Source of the DNA: an uncultured Bacteroidales bacterium
Lineage (GTDB): Bacteria; Bacteroidota; Bacteroidia; Bacteroidales; JAADJA01
Assembly: GCA_964421215.1 (NCBI GenBank)
Contig: CAYQWA010000021.1
Coordinates: 20,571 to 84,570, forward strand
Direction of reading: 5' to 3'
DNA: 64,000 bases
The position numbers were made by a program, and so were the translations under genes. Positions 44,766-54,426 of the stretch are shown in pieces. A model generated the notes under the pieces. It ran no database searches. It worked only from the letters and a program-made list of their open reading frames with translations, and had not been told where the DNA came from. The stretch's first letter is position 1, and every line of letters starts with the position of its first letter.

Positions 44766-46859
44766 ATGAAAAAGAAAACAATAAAGTCTGTAATCCTTGT
44801 TCTGTTTTTTGCTGCATTTTCCCTGCATGTAAATGCACAGAAAGATACCCCTTTTGAAAAGGATTATTTTTCCAGTGAACAAAAGGATGCTCTGAAAACA
44901 GCGATCAAACAAATAAAGGAAGGTGACAAATATTATGAGGCTGACATTCCGGTTTATTCAGTAGCCATAGAATATTTTCTGAAAGCAAACGATTTTAACC
45001 CGAACAATGCATTGCTTAACTATAAGATCGGTAAATGCTATATAAAAACCATCCAGAAAACCAACTCCATAAAATACCTGGAACATGCATACAAATTAAA
45101 TCCCAATGTAAAACCTGATATTTTGTACCTGCTGGCCAGGGGGTATCACCTCAATCTAGAACTAGACAAGGCCATAACTACATTTGAAGAATACAGGGGA
45201 ACATTAACCCCTAACGAACTAACGAAACAGGGAGATAAGATCGATAAAAAGATTTCGGAATGCAAAATGGCCCTGGAGATGGTTAAAGAACCGGTAAGGA
45301 TCTTTTCTGATAACCTGGGATCTCAGATCAACACTAAATTTCCTGAGTATGGTCCCTATATCAATGCTACTGAAACGGTCATTATGTTTACCTCTTCCAG
45401 GGACAATACTACCGGAGGAAAAACAGATCCTGCGGACCTTAAATACTATGAAGACATCTATTATTCCAAAAAGGAAGGTGACCAATGGACACAGGCAAAA
45501 AATCCGGGTAAACCCTTAAATACAGATTCACATGATGCCATTGTAGGCGTTTCTCCTGATGGTAAACATGCATTGATTTATAAAGGTGGTGATAATGGAG
45601 GCGATATCTTTGAATGCCGCATAAATGAAGAAGGTGAATGGTTATCACCCAAGAGGCTGCCAAAAGAAATAAATACCAAATACCAGGAAACTTCTGCATC
45701 CTTTACACCAGATATGAAAGGATTGTATTTTGTGAGCGATAAACCGGGTGGATTTGGCGGAAAAGATATCTATTACGCACCTCTGAGTATAAAAGGCAAC
45801 CGCGAAAAACTAGATTATGATGATGCGGTAAACCTTGGAGCCTTGATCAACACACCTTATGATGAAGAAGGTGTTTATATTGATGTAAAAGGTACAACGC
45901 TTTATTTTAGCTCCAAAGGTCATGAGACCATGGGTAGTTATGATGTTTTTAAATCCGAACATATAAATGGAAGATGGTCGAGTCCTGAGAATATGGGCTT
46001 CCCTATAAATACACCTGATGACGACATCTTCTTTTCCTTTTCGAGGAATGGGAAACATGCTTATTACTCTACATTTAATCCAACAGGATACGGGCAGCGC
46101 GATCTTTACATGATCACCCTCCTGGGACCTGAAAAGCCACATATCTTTCATGAGGATTACGACCTGTTGGCTTATGTGACAGAGCCTGTTAAAGAGGAGG
46201 CCCTCATGGAGAAAGTTGAGATCCAGGACAATATGATCACCATAGTTCGCGGGAAAGTAATGGATGCTGTTACTTTAGGACCTCTTGGAGGTGTTATCGT
46301 AGAGATCTATGATAATGAACTGGGAAGAATGGTGGCCAATTTTGAATCCAACACCCGAACAGGCGAATACATGGTTTCCCTTAATTCAGGGAAGAACTAT
46401 GGTTTTGCCATTAAAGCACAGGAATACATGTTCCATTCAGAAAACCTGATCATCCCTCCGGCTACCACCGTACAGGAAGTTTATATGGACTTTAAACTGA
46501 ACAAAGTAAAGGTTGGAAGCAAGATCATCCTGAAAAATATATTCTTTGATTTTGATAAGGCCACATTAAGAAGTGAATCAGCTACTGAGCTTAACCGCCT
46601 GGTAAAAATGCTGACTGATGTTCCCAAAATGACCATAGAAATTTCAGGACATACCGACAATGTAGGTTCAGATGCTTACAATAAAAAACTTTCAGAAGAC
46701 CGGGCAAAGGCAGTGGTTGAATACCTGATTGTTCAGGGAATTGACCGGGACCGTCTGGAGTATGCCGGATATGGCGAAACACAACCCATTGCAGATAATG
46801 ACTCGGAAGAGGGGCGTCAAATTAACAGACGGACCGAGTTTAAAGTTTTGAGCAAATAG
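44766..46859 (+). CDS. OmpA-family protein with TPR, TolB-like (PD40) beta-propeller repeats and a CarboxypepD_reg-like domain
   Basis: PD40-like repeats are present (SPDGKHALIY, FTPDMKGLYFVSD...GGKDIYY). The C-terminal OmpA domain reads FDFDKATLR...ISGHTDNVGSDAYNKKLSEDRAKAV...NRRTEFKVL. Confidence 0.92.
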   Translation: MKKKTIKSVILVLFFAAFSLHVNAQKDTPFEKDYFSSEQKDALKTAIKQIKEGDKYYEADIPVYSVAIEYFLKANDFNPNNALLNYKIGKCYIKTIQKTNSIKYLEHAYKLNPNVKPDILYLLARGYHLNLELDKAITTFEEYRGTLTPNELTKQGDKIDKKISECKMALEMVKEPVRIFSDNLGSQINTKFPEYGPYINATETVIMFTSSRDNTTGGKTDPADLKYYEDIYYSKKEGDQWTQAKNPGKPLNTDSHDAIVGVSPDGKHALIYKGGDNGGDIFECRINEEGEWLSPKRLPKEINTKYQETSASFTPDMKGLYFVSDKPGGFGGKDIYYAPLSIKGNREKLDYDDAVNLGALINTPYDEEGVYIDVKGTTLYFSSKGHETMGSYDVFKSEHINGRWSSPENMGFPINTPDDDIFFSFSRNGKHAYYSTFNPTGYGQRDLYMITLLGPEKPHIFHEDYDLLAYVTEPVKEEALMEKVEIQDNMITIVRGKVMDAVTLGPLGGVIVEIYDNELGRMVANFESNTRTGEYMVSLNSGKNYGFAIKAQEYMFHSENLIIPPATTVQEVYMDFKLNKVKVGSKIILKNIFFDFDKATLRSESATELNRLVKMLTDVPKMTIEISGHTDNVGSDAYNKKLSEDRAKAVVEYLIVQGIDRDRLEYAGYGETQPIADNDSEEGRQINRRTEFKVLSK

Positions 46860-47202
46860 TATAAGCAAAAAGTTACAACAACGTTTGGGCACCAACTGCT
46901 TACTGTAAAGCTTCCAGTTTTAAGTCTATCTTTAGTTAGGTTAGCATTGTAAAATACCGTTGCTTAATTAACTGCAAAAGGTATAAGATTTAATTATTCC
47001 ACTCAAATTCCCTGGTGTTGAGCAGCTCTGTTCTATGGTTTGCTTCTACATTATCAACAATTTATATTTCATACTTGATTTCAACCAAGTTTGTTTTGTA
47101 ACTTTATAGTAACAAAACGACAATCAAAATTTTTGCGATCTATACAGGCTATCAACATTGATCATTGACAACTTGATAGGTAATGACTAAAAAATACAAG
47201 CC

Positions 47203-48660
47203 ATGAAAAAAAACAAACTTTTTAAAAAGCTATTGTTGACAGCAGTGTTGCTTTCAACATTTACGGGATTATTATGCTCTCAATCCTGGAACCAGATCGG
47301 AAATGATATCGATGGTGAAGCTACAGGAGATTTCTCAGGCTGTGCTGTGAGTTTAAGTTCTGATGGTTCAATTGTAGCCATTGGCGCACAATACAATGAT
47401 GGGAGCGGTACCGATGCCGGCCATGTAAGAGTTTTTGAAAACCAGTCTGGATCATGGATTCAAATTGGAGAAGACATTGACGGCGAGGCTAGCTTCGATG
47501 CTTCCGGGATATCTGTAAGTTTAAGTTCTGACGGATCAGTAGTTGCCATTGGAGCTTTTTTAAATGATGGGAACGGAGGAAATTCAGGACATGTCAGGGT
47601 GTTTGAAAATCAATCGGGATCATGGATCCAGATGGGGAATGATATTGACGGGGAAGCAAACGGTGACTATTCAGGTGAAGCGATAAGTTTAAGTTCCGAT
47701 GGGTTAGTAGTAGCCATCGGTGCTGACAGAAATTGTGGAAGCGGCCTTTATGCAGGTCATGTTAGAGTGTTTGAGTTTATTGCCGGTTCCTGGATGCAAG
47801 TTGGTGGTGACATTAACGGCGAAGCGGCCAATGACAGGTCAGGGCTTGCAGTTAGTTTAAATGCGGATGGATCCAGAGTGGCTATAGGCGCTCCAGGTAA
47901 CTTTGGAAACGGTTTTGGTGCAGGTCATGTAAGAGTTTTTGAAAATCAGGCGGGTTCTTGGCAAAAAATTGGAAACGATATTGACGGAGAAGCTGCCGAA
48001 GACGGATCAGGGTGGGCTGTCAGTTTAAATTCCGACGGTACGGTGGTGGCCATTGGAGCATATTCAAACGACGGGAATGGTATAAATGCCGGACACGTCA
48101 GGATATATGAGATCATAGCCAATACCTGGACACAAATCGGTAATGATATCGATGGTGAAGCTGCCTATGACGAATTAGGGAAGGCTGTCAGTTTAAATTC
48201 CGATGGCTCAATTGTAGCAGTTGGCGCATATCGAAACGATGGAGGAGGACAGGATGCCGGCTGTGTAAAAATTTATGAAAACCAGTCGGGCTCATGGGTT
48301 CAATTAGGAAGCAATATAAACGGTGAAGATGAACAGGATGAATCCGGGTATGCTGTGAGTTTAAATTCCAATGGATTGAAAGTAGCAATAGGTGCTCATC
48401 ATAATGATGGAAACGGCAGTTTGTCGGGCCATGTGAGAGTATATGAATACGGATCATCGACTAACATATGGACACGAGAAATCAGGACTGATCAGCCCGT
48501 AAACGGCAACATACTGGTTTACAACATGGCCGGACAATTGGTTTCTCATTCAGTTGTTAATGGTAATTTTCCATGGTTCAAAATTGAAAAAACCGGTTTG
48601 TACATTATTAAAATACAAAACGGGCAAACCTTGATAATTGAGAAAGTATTTGTTAAGTAA
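47203..48660 (+). CDS. T9SS-secreted seven-blade FG-GAP-like beta-propeller protein, paralog 1
   Basis: It has a signal peptide and seven 56-aa repeats of the form W.QIG.DIDGEA..D.SG.AVSL..DGS.VAIGA..NDG.G..AGHVRVFE...GS. The C-terminal sorting domain is ILVYNMAGQLV...GLYIIKIQNG...KVFVK. Confidence 0.9.
   Translation: MKKNKLFKKLLLTAVLLSTFTGLLCSQSWNQIGNDIDGEATGDFSGCAVSLSSDGSIVAIGAQYNDGSGTDAGHVRVFENQSGSWIQIGEDIDGEASFDASGISVSLSSDGSVVAIGAFLNDGNGGNSGHVRVFENQSGSWIQMGNDIDGEANGDYSGEAISLSSDGLVVAIGADRNCGSGLYAGHVRVFEFIAGSWMQVGGDINGEAANDRSGLAVSLNADGSRVAIGAPGNFGNGFGAGHVRVFENQAGSWQKIGNDIDGEAAEDGSGWAVSLNSDGTVVAIGAYSNDGNGINAGHVRIYEIIANTWTQIGNDIDGEAAYDELGKAVSLNSDGSIVAVGAYRNDGGGQDAGCVKIYENQSGSWVQLGSNINGEDEQDESGYAVSLNSNGLKVAIGAHHNDGNGSLSGHVRVYEYGSSTNIWTREIRTDQPVNGNILVYNMAGQLVSHSVVNGNFPWFKIEKTGLYIIKIQNGQTLIIEKVFVK
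47287..48462 (+). repeat. Seven tandem 168-bp (56-aa) coding repeats
   Basis: The W codons of blades 1 and 2 are at 47287 and 47455, a period of 168 nt. The DNA motif GT(A/C)AGTTTAA(A/G)TTC(C/T)GATGG recurs in each unit. Confidence 0.85.
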
Positions 48661-48732
48661 ACTTATCTACCTCTCCAACTCTGATTACATCATTATAGGG
48701 TGAGAAGAGGCAATTGAAAAAAACAAAGAACC

Positions 48733-51700
48733 ATGAAAAAAATCAACACCTTAAAAAGAGTATTATTAGCCTCTTTAATGCTATTAACATTGCAAGGCTT
48801 TATTCAATCTCAATTATGGCAGCAAATAGGCCAGGATATTGATGGCGAGGCAGCAGATGACCGGTCTGGTATTGTTAGTATTAATTCAGATGGCTCTATT
48901 ATTGCAATTGGTGCAGGTTTTAATGATGGGAATGGTAATTTAGCGGGTCATGTAAGGATATTTGAGAATATATTAGGCACTTGGACTCAAATCGGAGATG
49001 ACATTGATGGTGAAGGAGCCATATATTTATCGGGTGGGGCAGTAAGTTTAAGTTCAGATGGCTCTATTGTTGCGATTGGGTCAACGTATACTGGGGGAGA
49101 CCTCGCCGGACAGGTAGAAGTCTATCAGAATCAATCTGGTTCCTGGGTACAACTGGGTAATGATATAGAAGGTGATCCTCCTACCGCCCTGGGTTCTTCG
49201 GTAAGTTTAAGTTCAGACGGAACTATTGTAGCGATTGGTGCACCTGGAGGAAGTGAGTCCGTTTATACTGGTCTAGCAAAGATATATGAATATCAGGCTG
49301 GATCATGGGTACAGATTGGAAGTGATATTGTAGGGGAAGCTATAGGTGATAAATGTGGGACTTCAGTTAGTATTAGCGATGATGGAACTATTGTGGCTAT
49401 TGGTGCACACATGAATGACGGTAATTATTCTAACTCAGGCCATGTAAGAATATTTGAAAACCAGTCAGGCTCATGGGTGCAACTTGGTAGTGACATTGAT
49501 GGTGATTACGAAAGTAAATCAGGGAGTTCAGTAAGTTTAAATGCTGATGGAAACATATTATCCATTGGAGGCTATGGAAGTAATAGTTTAACCTGGATTG
49601 GATATGTACGAGTTTATGAATATCAAGCTGGTTCATGGACACAAATTGGAAATGATATTATGGGTGAAGCAATTGGTGATAATTTCGGAAATACAGCACA
49701 GTGCTTAAACTCCGATGGTTCAATTATAGCAATTGGAGGACCACTAAATGATGATGGAGGAGAAGACGCCGGTCATGTGAGAATATTTAAAAACATGTCG
49801 GGTTCATGGATTCAAATTGGAGATGATATATATGGAGAAGCAGCAAATGACGGATCAGGATTTGTAAGTTTAAATTCAGATGGGACAGCTGTTGCAATAG
49901 GTGCTGGCAATAACGATGGAAATGGTTCTCAGTCAGGCCATGTAAGGGTATATGAACTACAATTACCTCCGCCTCCATCTCCGGATCCACCAACAACAGG
50001 TGATGGATCTTCAGGTGACCCCTACCAGATTGAAACACTGAATAACCTTTACTGGCTGTCTCAAAATTCTGCGGAATGGGACAAATATTACATTCAGGTT
50101 GCTGATATAAATGCTCAAGCCACTCTATTCTGGGCCGGGGATTCGGGTTTCCCTCCAATCGGTAATTCAACTACAAATTTTGATGGCAGTTATAATGGAG
50201 ATGGTTTTACCATAGATAGATTGTTTATATCTCTCTCCATTGATGATGTTGGACTTTTCGGCCGTGGCTGGGCTTTATCAATTGAAAATCTTGGATTAAC
50301 CAATGTAAATATATCTGGAAACAATCGGGTAGGTGGAATTCTTGGTTTTACTTATTATGGTAGTGTTGTTGGTTGTTATTCCACAGGTAATGTCTTCGGA
50401 AATGACGAGGTTGGAGGTTTGGTTGGTCGAATAACAGGATCAATCTTAGAAAGTTATAGTACAGCAACTGTATCTGGCAATAAATACCTCGGCGGATTGC
50501 TGGGATATGGATTTGGTTATTTTATAACCAACTGTTATAGTAGAGGTGATGTTTCCGGAGCTGATTATATCGGAGGCCTGATTGGCGTAAATAATAGTAT
50601 TGAGACATCACATTGTTTCAGTACAGGTAATGTATCCGGAACAGGAAGCAATCTGGGTGGATTGGTGGCATCAAACAACGATGTAATATCCGATTGTTTC
50701 TGGGATACACAAACCTCGGGACAATCAACCAGTGCAGGGGGTACTGGCAAAACCACGACCGAAATGAAAGATATTGACACTTTTACTGACCTGGCGACGA
50801 CGGGATTAACAACTCCATGGGATTTTTACGGGGACCCGAATGATGATACTGGAACAGACGATCACTGGGACATTGATGCCAATATAAACAATGGCTACAC
50901 TTTCCTTTTGTGGAACCACATACCATTGACCTGGAAAGGTTCTGCCAATAGTGATTGGAATACAGGTACTAACTGGTCACAAGTTCTAGGTCTACCAAGG
51001 CCCGGAAAAAGTGTTATTATTCCTTCAAGCCCCACCGGAGGAAATTTCCCGGAAACAAATTATGGAGCCGGAGCAGAATGTGATGATTTAACCATTGAAT
51101 CAGGCGCACATTTATATATTCCGTCAAACAACACATTAACTGTCAACGGAACATTGACAAACAATGCCGGGACTTCAGGCCTGATCATTAAATCTACAGC
51201 CAACGACGCTACCGGTTCATTGATTCATGCAACACCAGGTGTAAATGCTACTGTAGAGAAATACCTCACCGATATGCAATGGCATTTTATCGGCATGCCG
51301 GTTGAAAGTGAAACTATAGAAGTATTTCACTTACCTGGGGGACACTCAAACATTTACCTTCGCACCCACATCGAATCAACAAATACATGGGATGACTGGA
51401 TCGTTCCTGTATCAACTCCCCTCATCCAGGGCCGCGGATATGAAGTGTGGGTTGGGGATGATTCTTTCCACCAGGATGAAATCATTGAGTTTGCCGGAGC
51501 AATGAATTCCGGAGATTATAACACAGGAACTGGTGACTTTTACGACTTACAATATACCACAGGACACGGATTGAACCTGATATGCAATCCCTATCCATCC
51601 GCTATCGAGGCTGATATTGACACATGGACAAAAACGAACATTGATAATTCGGTTTGGACCTGGGATGGAACTGCTGGCAACTATGTTTATTGGAACGGAA

Positions 51701-52521
51701 CAAACGGTACAAATGAATCTGGATGGGGAACATTGACCGGAGGAATTATTCCAGCAATGCAGGCATTTTTTGTGCTGGCAAACGGTTCCGGGCCATCTCT
51801 CACCATTCCACAGAGCAGTCGCACCCACAGCAGTCAACCTTATTATAAAGAGGGTGGTTTACCAAATACTATTCGACTAGATGTGGAAGGCAATGGATAT
51901 AAAGATGCTATTTTCGTAAGCTTCCATGAGCAAGCCACTGATGAGTATGATGGAGAATACGACGTTATTAAAATTTTCGGATTGGCTGAAGCTCCCCAGC
52001 TTTATTCTATTATTCCCGGTGAAGTACTTTCTATCAATTCAATCCCTGAACTCAATGAATACAAACTGGTTGAATTAGGTTTTGAATGCAATATTTCCGA
52101 TTTTTTTACAATTGTAGCCAGCGAATTTGAAAGCTTTGACGAAAACATAACTATCTACCTTGAAGATAAAAAAGAGGGGATAATGCATAATCTGTGTGAG
52201 AATCCAACATACTCTTTCTTACATGAAACCGGCGATGATCCCAACAGGTTCCTGCTTCACTTCGGCGATCCATCCGGCATTGATGAACCTGTTCAGCAAA
52301 ACACAGGTATATATTCATACGATAATATTGTATACATACATCAAACAGAAGATTTAAATGCAACGGTTTTTATTTATAACACTCTCGGACATAAAATATA
52401 CCATGAAACTATAAATAACCAGAAATTAACTCGAATCCAAATTCCAAATGGTACCGGATATTACATTGTACAGGTACAAAACGGAAACAGAATGGTTACG
52501 AAAAAGGTGTTTTTAAAATAA
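48733..52521 (+). CDS. T9SS-secreted chimeric protein: seven-blade FG-GAP-like propeller, Pro-rich linker, GLUG-motif repeats, ~390-aa shared module, T9SS sorting domain
   Basis: There are 7 blades (WQQIGQDIDGE ... HVRVYELQ) and a linker LPPPPSPDPPTT. The GLUG repeats are VGGILG, VGGLVG, LGGLLG, IGGLIG and LGGLVA, then CFWDTQTSGQSTSAGGTGKTTTEMK. The C-terminus is VFIYNTLGHKI...GYYIVQVQNG...KVFLK. Confidence 0.9.
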   Translation: MKKINTLKRVLLASLMLLTLQGFIQSQLWQQIGQDIDGEAADDRSGIVSINSDGSIIAIGAGFNDGNGNLAGHVRIFENILGTWTQIGDDIDGEGAIYLSGGAVSLSSDGSIVAIGSTYTGGDLAGQVEVYQNQSGSWVQLGNDIEGDPPTALGSSVSLSSDGTIVAIGAPGGSESVYTGLAKIYEYQAGSWVQIGSDIVGEAIGDKCGTSVSISDDGTIVAIGAHMNDGNYSNSGHVRIFENQSGSWVQLGSDIDGDYESKSGSSVSLNADGNILSIGGYGSNSLTWIGYVRVYEYQAGSWTQIGNDIMGEAIGDNFGNTAQCLNSDGSIIAIGGPLNDDGGEDAGHVRIFKNMSGSWIQIGDDIYGEAANDGSGFVSLNSDGTAVAIGAGNNDGNGSQSGHVRVYELQLPPPPSPDPPTTGDGSSGDPYQIETLNNLYWLSQNSAEWDKYYIQVADINAQATLFWAGDSGFPPIGNSTTNFDGSYNGDGFTIDRLFISLSIDDVGLFGRGWALSIENLGLTNVNISGNNRVGGILGFTYYGSVVGCYSTGNVFGNDEVGGLVGRITGSILESYSTATVSGNKYLGGLLGYGFGYFITNCYSRGDVSGADYIGGLIGVNNSIETSHCFSTGNVSGTGSNLGGLVASNNDVISDCFWDTQTSGQSTSAGGTGKTTTEMKDIDTFTDLATTGLTTPWDFYGDPNDDTGTDDHWDIDANINNGYTFLLWNHIPLTWKGSANSDWNTGTNWSQVLGLPRPGKSVIIPSSPTGGNFPETNYGAGAECDDLTIESGAHLYIPSNNTLTVNGTLTNNAGTSGLIIKSTANDATGSLIHATPGVNATVEKYLTDMQWHFIGMPVESETIEVFHLPGGHSNIYLRTHIESTNTWDDWIVPVSTPLIQGRGYEVWVGDDSFHQDEIIEFAGAMNSGDYNTGTGDFYDLQYTTGHGLNLICNPYPSAIEADIDTWTKTNIDNSVWTWDGTAGNYVYWNGTNGTNESGWGTLTGGIIPAMQAFFVLANGSGPSLTIPQSSRTHSSQPYYKEGGLPNTIRLDVEGNGYKDAIFVSFHEQATDEYDGEYDVIKIFGLAEAPQLYSIIPGEVLSINSIPELNEYKLVELGFECNISDFFTIVASEFESFDENITIYLEDKKEGIMHNLCENPTYSFLHETGDDPNRFLLHFGDPSGIDEPVQQNTGIYSYDNIVYIHQTEDLNATVFIYNTLGHKIYHETINNQKLTRIQIPNGTGYYIVQVQNGNRMVTKKVFLK
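48817..49962 (+). repeat. Seven tandem FG-GAP-like coding repeats (blade lengths less regular than in paralog 1)
   Basis: The W.Q(I/L)G.DI.G(E/D) and VSL(S/N)(S/A)DG motifs recur seven times. Confidence 0.8.
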
Positions 52522-52591
52522 TCAACAGCAAAAACAAAAGAATATCCATTAGAATTCTATCCTATCAAAAAAAGGAAGATAAAAAAATAGT

Positions 52592-52611
52592 AGCACCGAG
52601 TTTAAGGTGCT
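52592..52611 (+). terminator. Weak hairpin AGCACC-gagtttaa-GGTGCT ~70 nt after the stop of the 1262-aa gene
   Basis: The stem is 6 bp. The T-tract is not adjacent on the plus strand (GAATAAATTACTTTT), so its terminator function is doubtful. Confidence 0.25.
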
Positions 52612-52913
52612 GAATAAATTACTTTTCCTAACTTTTCTTGTTTGTTGAATTAAATGTATGCATTTAAATATGTGCATAATAGAATGATTGTATGCCGTTA
52701 ACTCATTTCTAACACAATCCATCCTTTTTACGATTTCTTCGAATTTAGCTTGCAATAAAGCAACCCCATCATTTATTCAAGTTAATCCACCTGCCACTCA
52801 CTCGTTTATGATTGAAACAGGCTGTCCCAGGTTGTAGTTTTATAAACAGATTATTAAAGAAACAAACAAAACAAGGTAATTGCCTTTACTTACAACAACT
52901 AAAATTAAAAGCT

Positions 52914-54374
52914 ATGAAAAAGTACAATTTATTAAAGAGAATCATGTTGACATCACTGATGGTTTCAGCATTTTATGGATTGACATATTCGCAGACATGG
53001 AATCAAATAGGAAATGATATTGATGGTGAAGTATCCGGTGATGCTTCAGGTTATTCTGTCAGTTTAAGTTCCGATGGTTCAATAGTGGCTATCGGTGCTT
53101 ATGGAAATAGTGGAAACGGTACTTCTTCGGGCCATGTAAGAATCTTCGAAAACTTATCGGGCTCATGGAATCAGATTGGCAATGATATTGACGGAGAGGC
53201 AGCCTTCGATGAATCTGGTAAATCTGTAAGTTTAAATTCTGATGGGTCTGTTGTAGCGATTGGGGCCCGCAATAACGCTGGGAATGGTCATCAAGCAGGC
53301 CATGTAAGAATATATGAATACATATCTGGGATCTGGACACAAATTGGTAATGATATTGATGGGGAAGCTGTTTCTGACCAATCAGGAATTGCTGTTAGCC
53401 TAAATGCAGATGGCTCTGTTGTGGCTATAGGAGCTCCGCATAATGATGGATCCGGTTCTGATGCGGGACATGTCAGGATCTATAAAAATGTATCGGGTAT
53501 CTGGATGCAAGTCGGTGAGGATATTGATGCCGAAGGATCCGGTAATTATTTTGGGTATTCAGTGAGTTTAAGTGCTGATGGTTCAAGAGTTGCTATCGGA
53601 GGGCCCGGTAGTAACGGAGGTGGCTGGAATTCTGGTCATGTAAGGGTATTCGAAAACCAGGCGGATTCATGGATCCAAATTGGAAATAGTATTTACGGTG
53701 AGGCAATGGAGGATGAATCAGGTGTAGCTGTTAGTTTAAATTCAAATGGTACAATTGTAGCAATCGGAGCGTGGCTGAACGATGGGAATGGGGAAGATGC
53801 CGGTCATGTTAGAGTGTTTGAATACCAGACAGGTTCCTGGATTCAAATTGGCAGTAATATTAACGGTGAGATGGAATATGATAAATCCGGGATAGCTGTA
53901 AGTTTAAATTCCGAAGGTTCAATTGTAGCTGTTGGTTCAGAATACAACAATGGAAACGGTACTTCAGCCGGCCATGTAAGAATTTTTGAGAACCAGTTGG
54001 GTAACTGGATTCAATTGGGTGGTGATATTGATGGGGAAGCAGCCGGTGACCGGTGTGGAAAATCAGTAAGTTTAAATTCCGATGGATCAAAAATTGCAAT
54101 CGGAGCCTGGGGAAATGATGGAAATGGACCTACTTCCGGGCATACCAGAGTCTTTGAATATGGTTTGCCGACGAATATCCCAACAGAATATACCAATACT
54201 GAATGGCCCCTAACCGGTAAAATCTTCATTTACAATATCAATGGGCAGTTAGTGGCTCAACGGGAAATAAACAGCTCTATCATTAACCTGAATTTTATAA
54301 ATCCAGGTGTATACATTATCAAAATACAAAGCGGTAATACAGTGATTAGTAAGAAAGTTTATATAAGAGAATAA
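52914..54374 (+). CDS. T9SS-secreted seven-blade FG-GAP-like beta-propeller protein, paralog 3
   Basis: I moved the start from the TTG at 52812 to the ATG at 52914 (MKKYNLLKRIMLTSLMVSAFYGLTYSQTW). That gives the same 28-aa signal peptide length as its paralogs. It has 7 blades and the sorting domain IFIYNINGQLV...GVYIIKIQSG. Confidence 0.9.
   Translation: MKKYNLLKRIMLTSLMVSAFYGLTYSQTWNQIGNDIDGEVSGDASGYSVSLSSDGSIVAIGAYGNSGNGTSSGHVRIFENLSGSWNQIGNDIDGEAAFDESGKSVSLNSDGSVVAIGARNNAGNGHQAGHVRIYEYISGIWTQIGNDIDGEAVSDQSGIAVSLNADGSVVAIGAPHNDGSGSDAGHVRIYKNVSGIWMQVGEDIDAEGSGNYFGYSVSLSADGSRVAIGGPGSNGGGWNSGHVRVFENQADSWIQIGNSIYGEAMEDESGVAVSLNSNGTIVAIGAWLNDGNGEDAGHVRVFEYQTGSWIQIGSNINGEMEYDKSGIAVSLNSEGSIVAVGSEYNNGNGTSAGHVRIFENQLGNWIQLGGDIDGEAAGDRCGKSVSLNSDGSKIAIGAWGNDGNGPTSGHTRVFEYGLPTNIPTEYTNTEWPLTGKIFIYNINGQLVAQREINSSIINLNFINPGVYIIKIQSGNTVISKKVYIRE
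52998..54173 (+). repeat. Seven tandem 56-aa coding repeats
   Basis: It shows the same motif periodicity as paralog 1. Confidence 0.85.
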
Positions 54375-54426
54375 ACTATGTAATTGTATTGGAAGCTATA
54401 ACTCATAACAACTAAAAATAAACATC

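Noticed and set aside
52549-52755. 68-aa minus-strand ORF in the gap between propeller genes 2 and 3
   Set aside because: It has no signal or domain features and an odd composition. It lies in an AT-rich spacer that more likely holds the terminator and promoter of the flanking genes.
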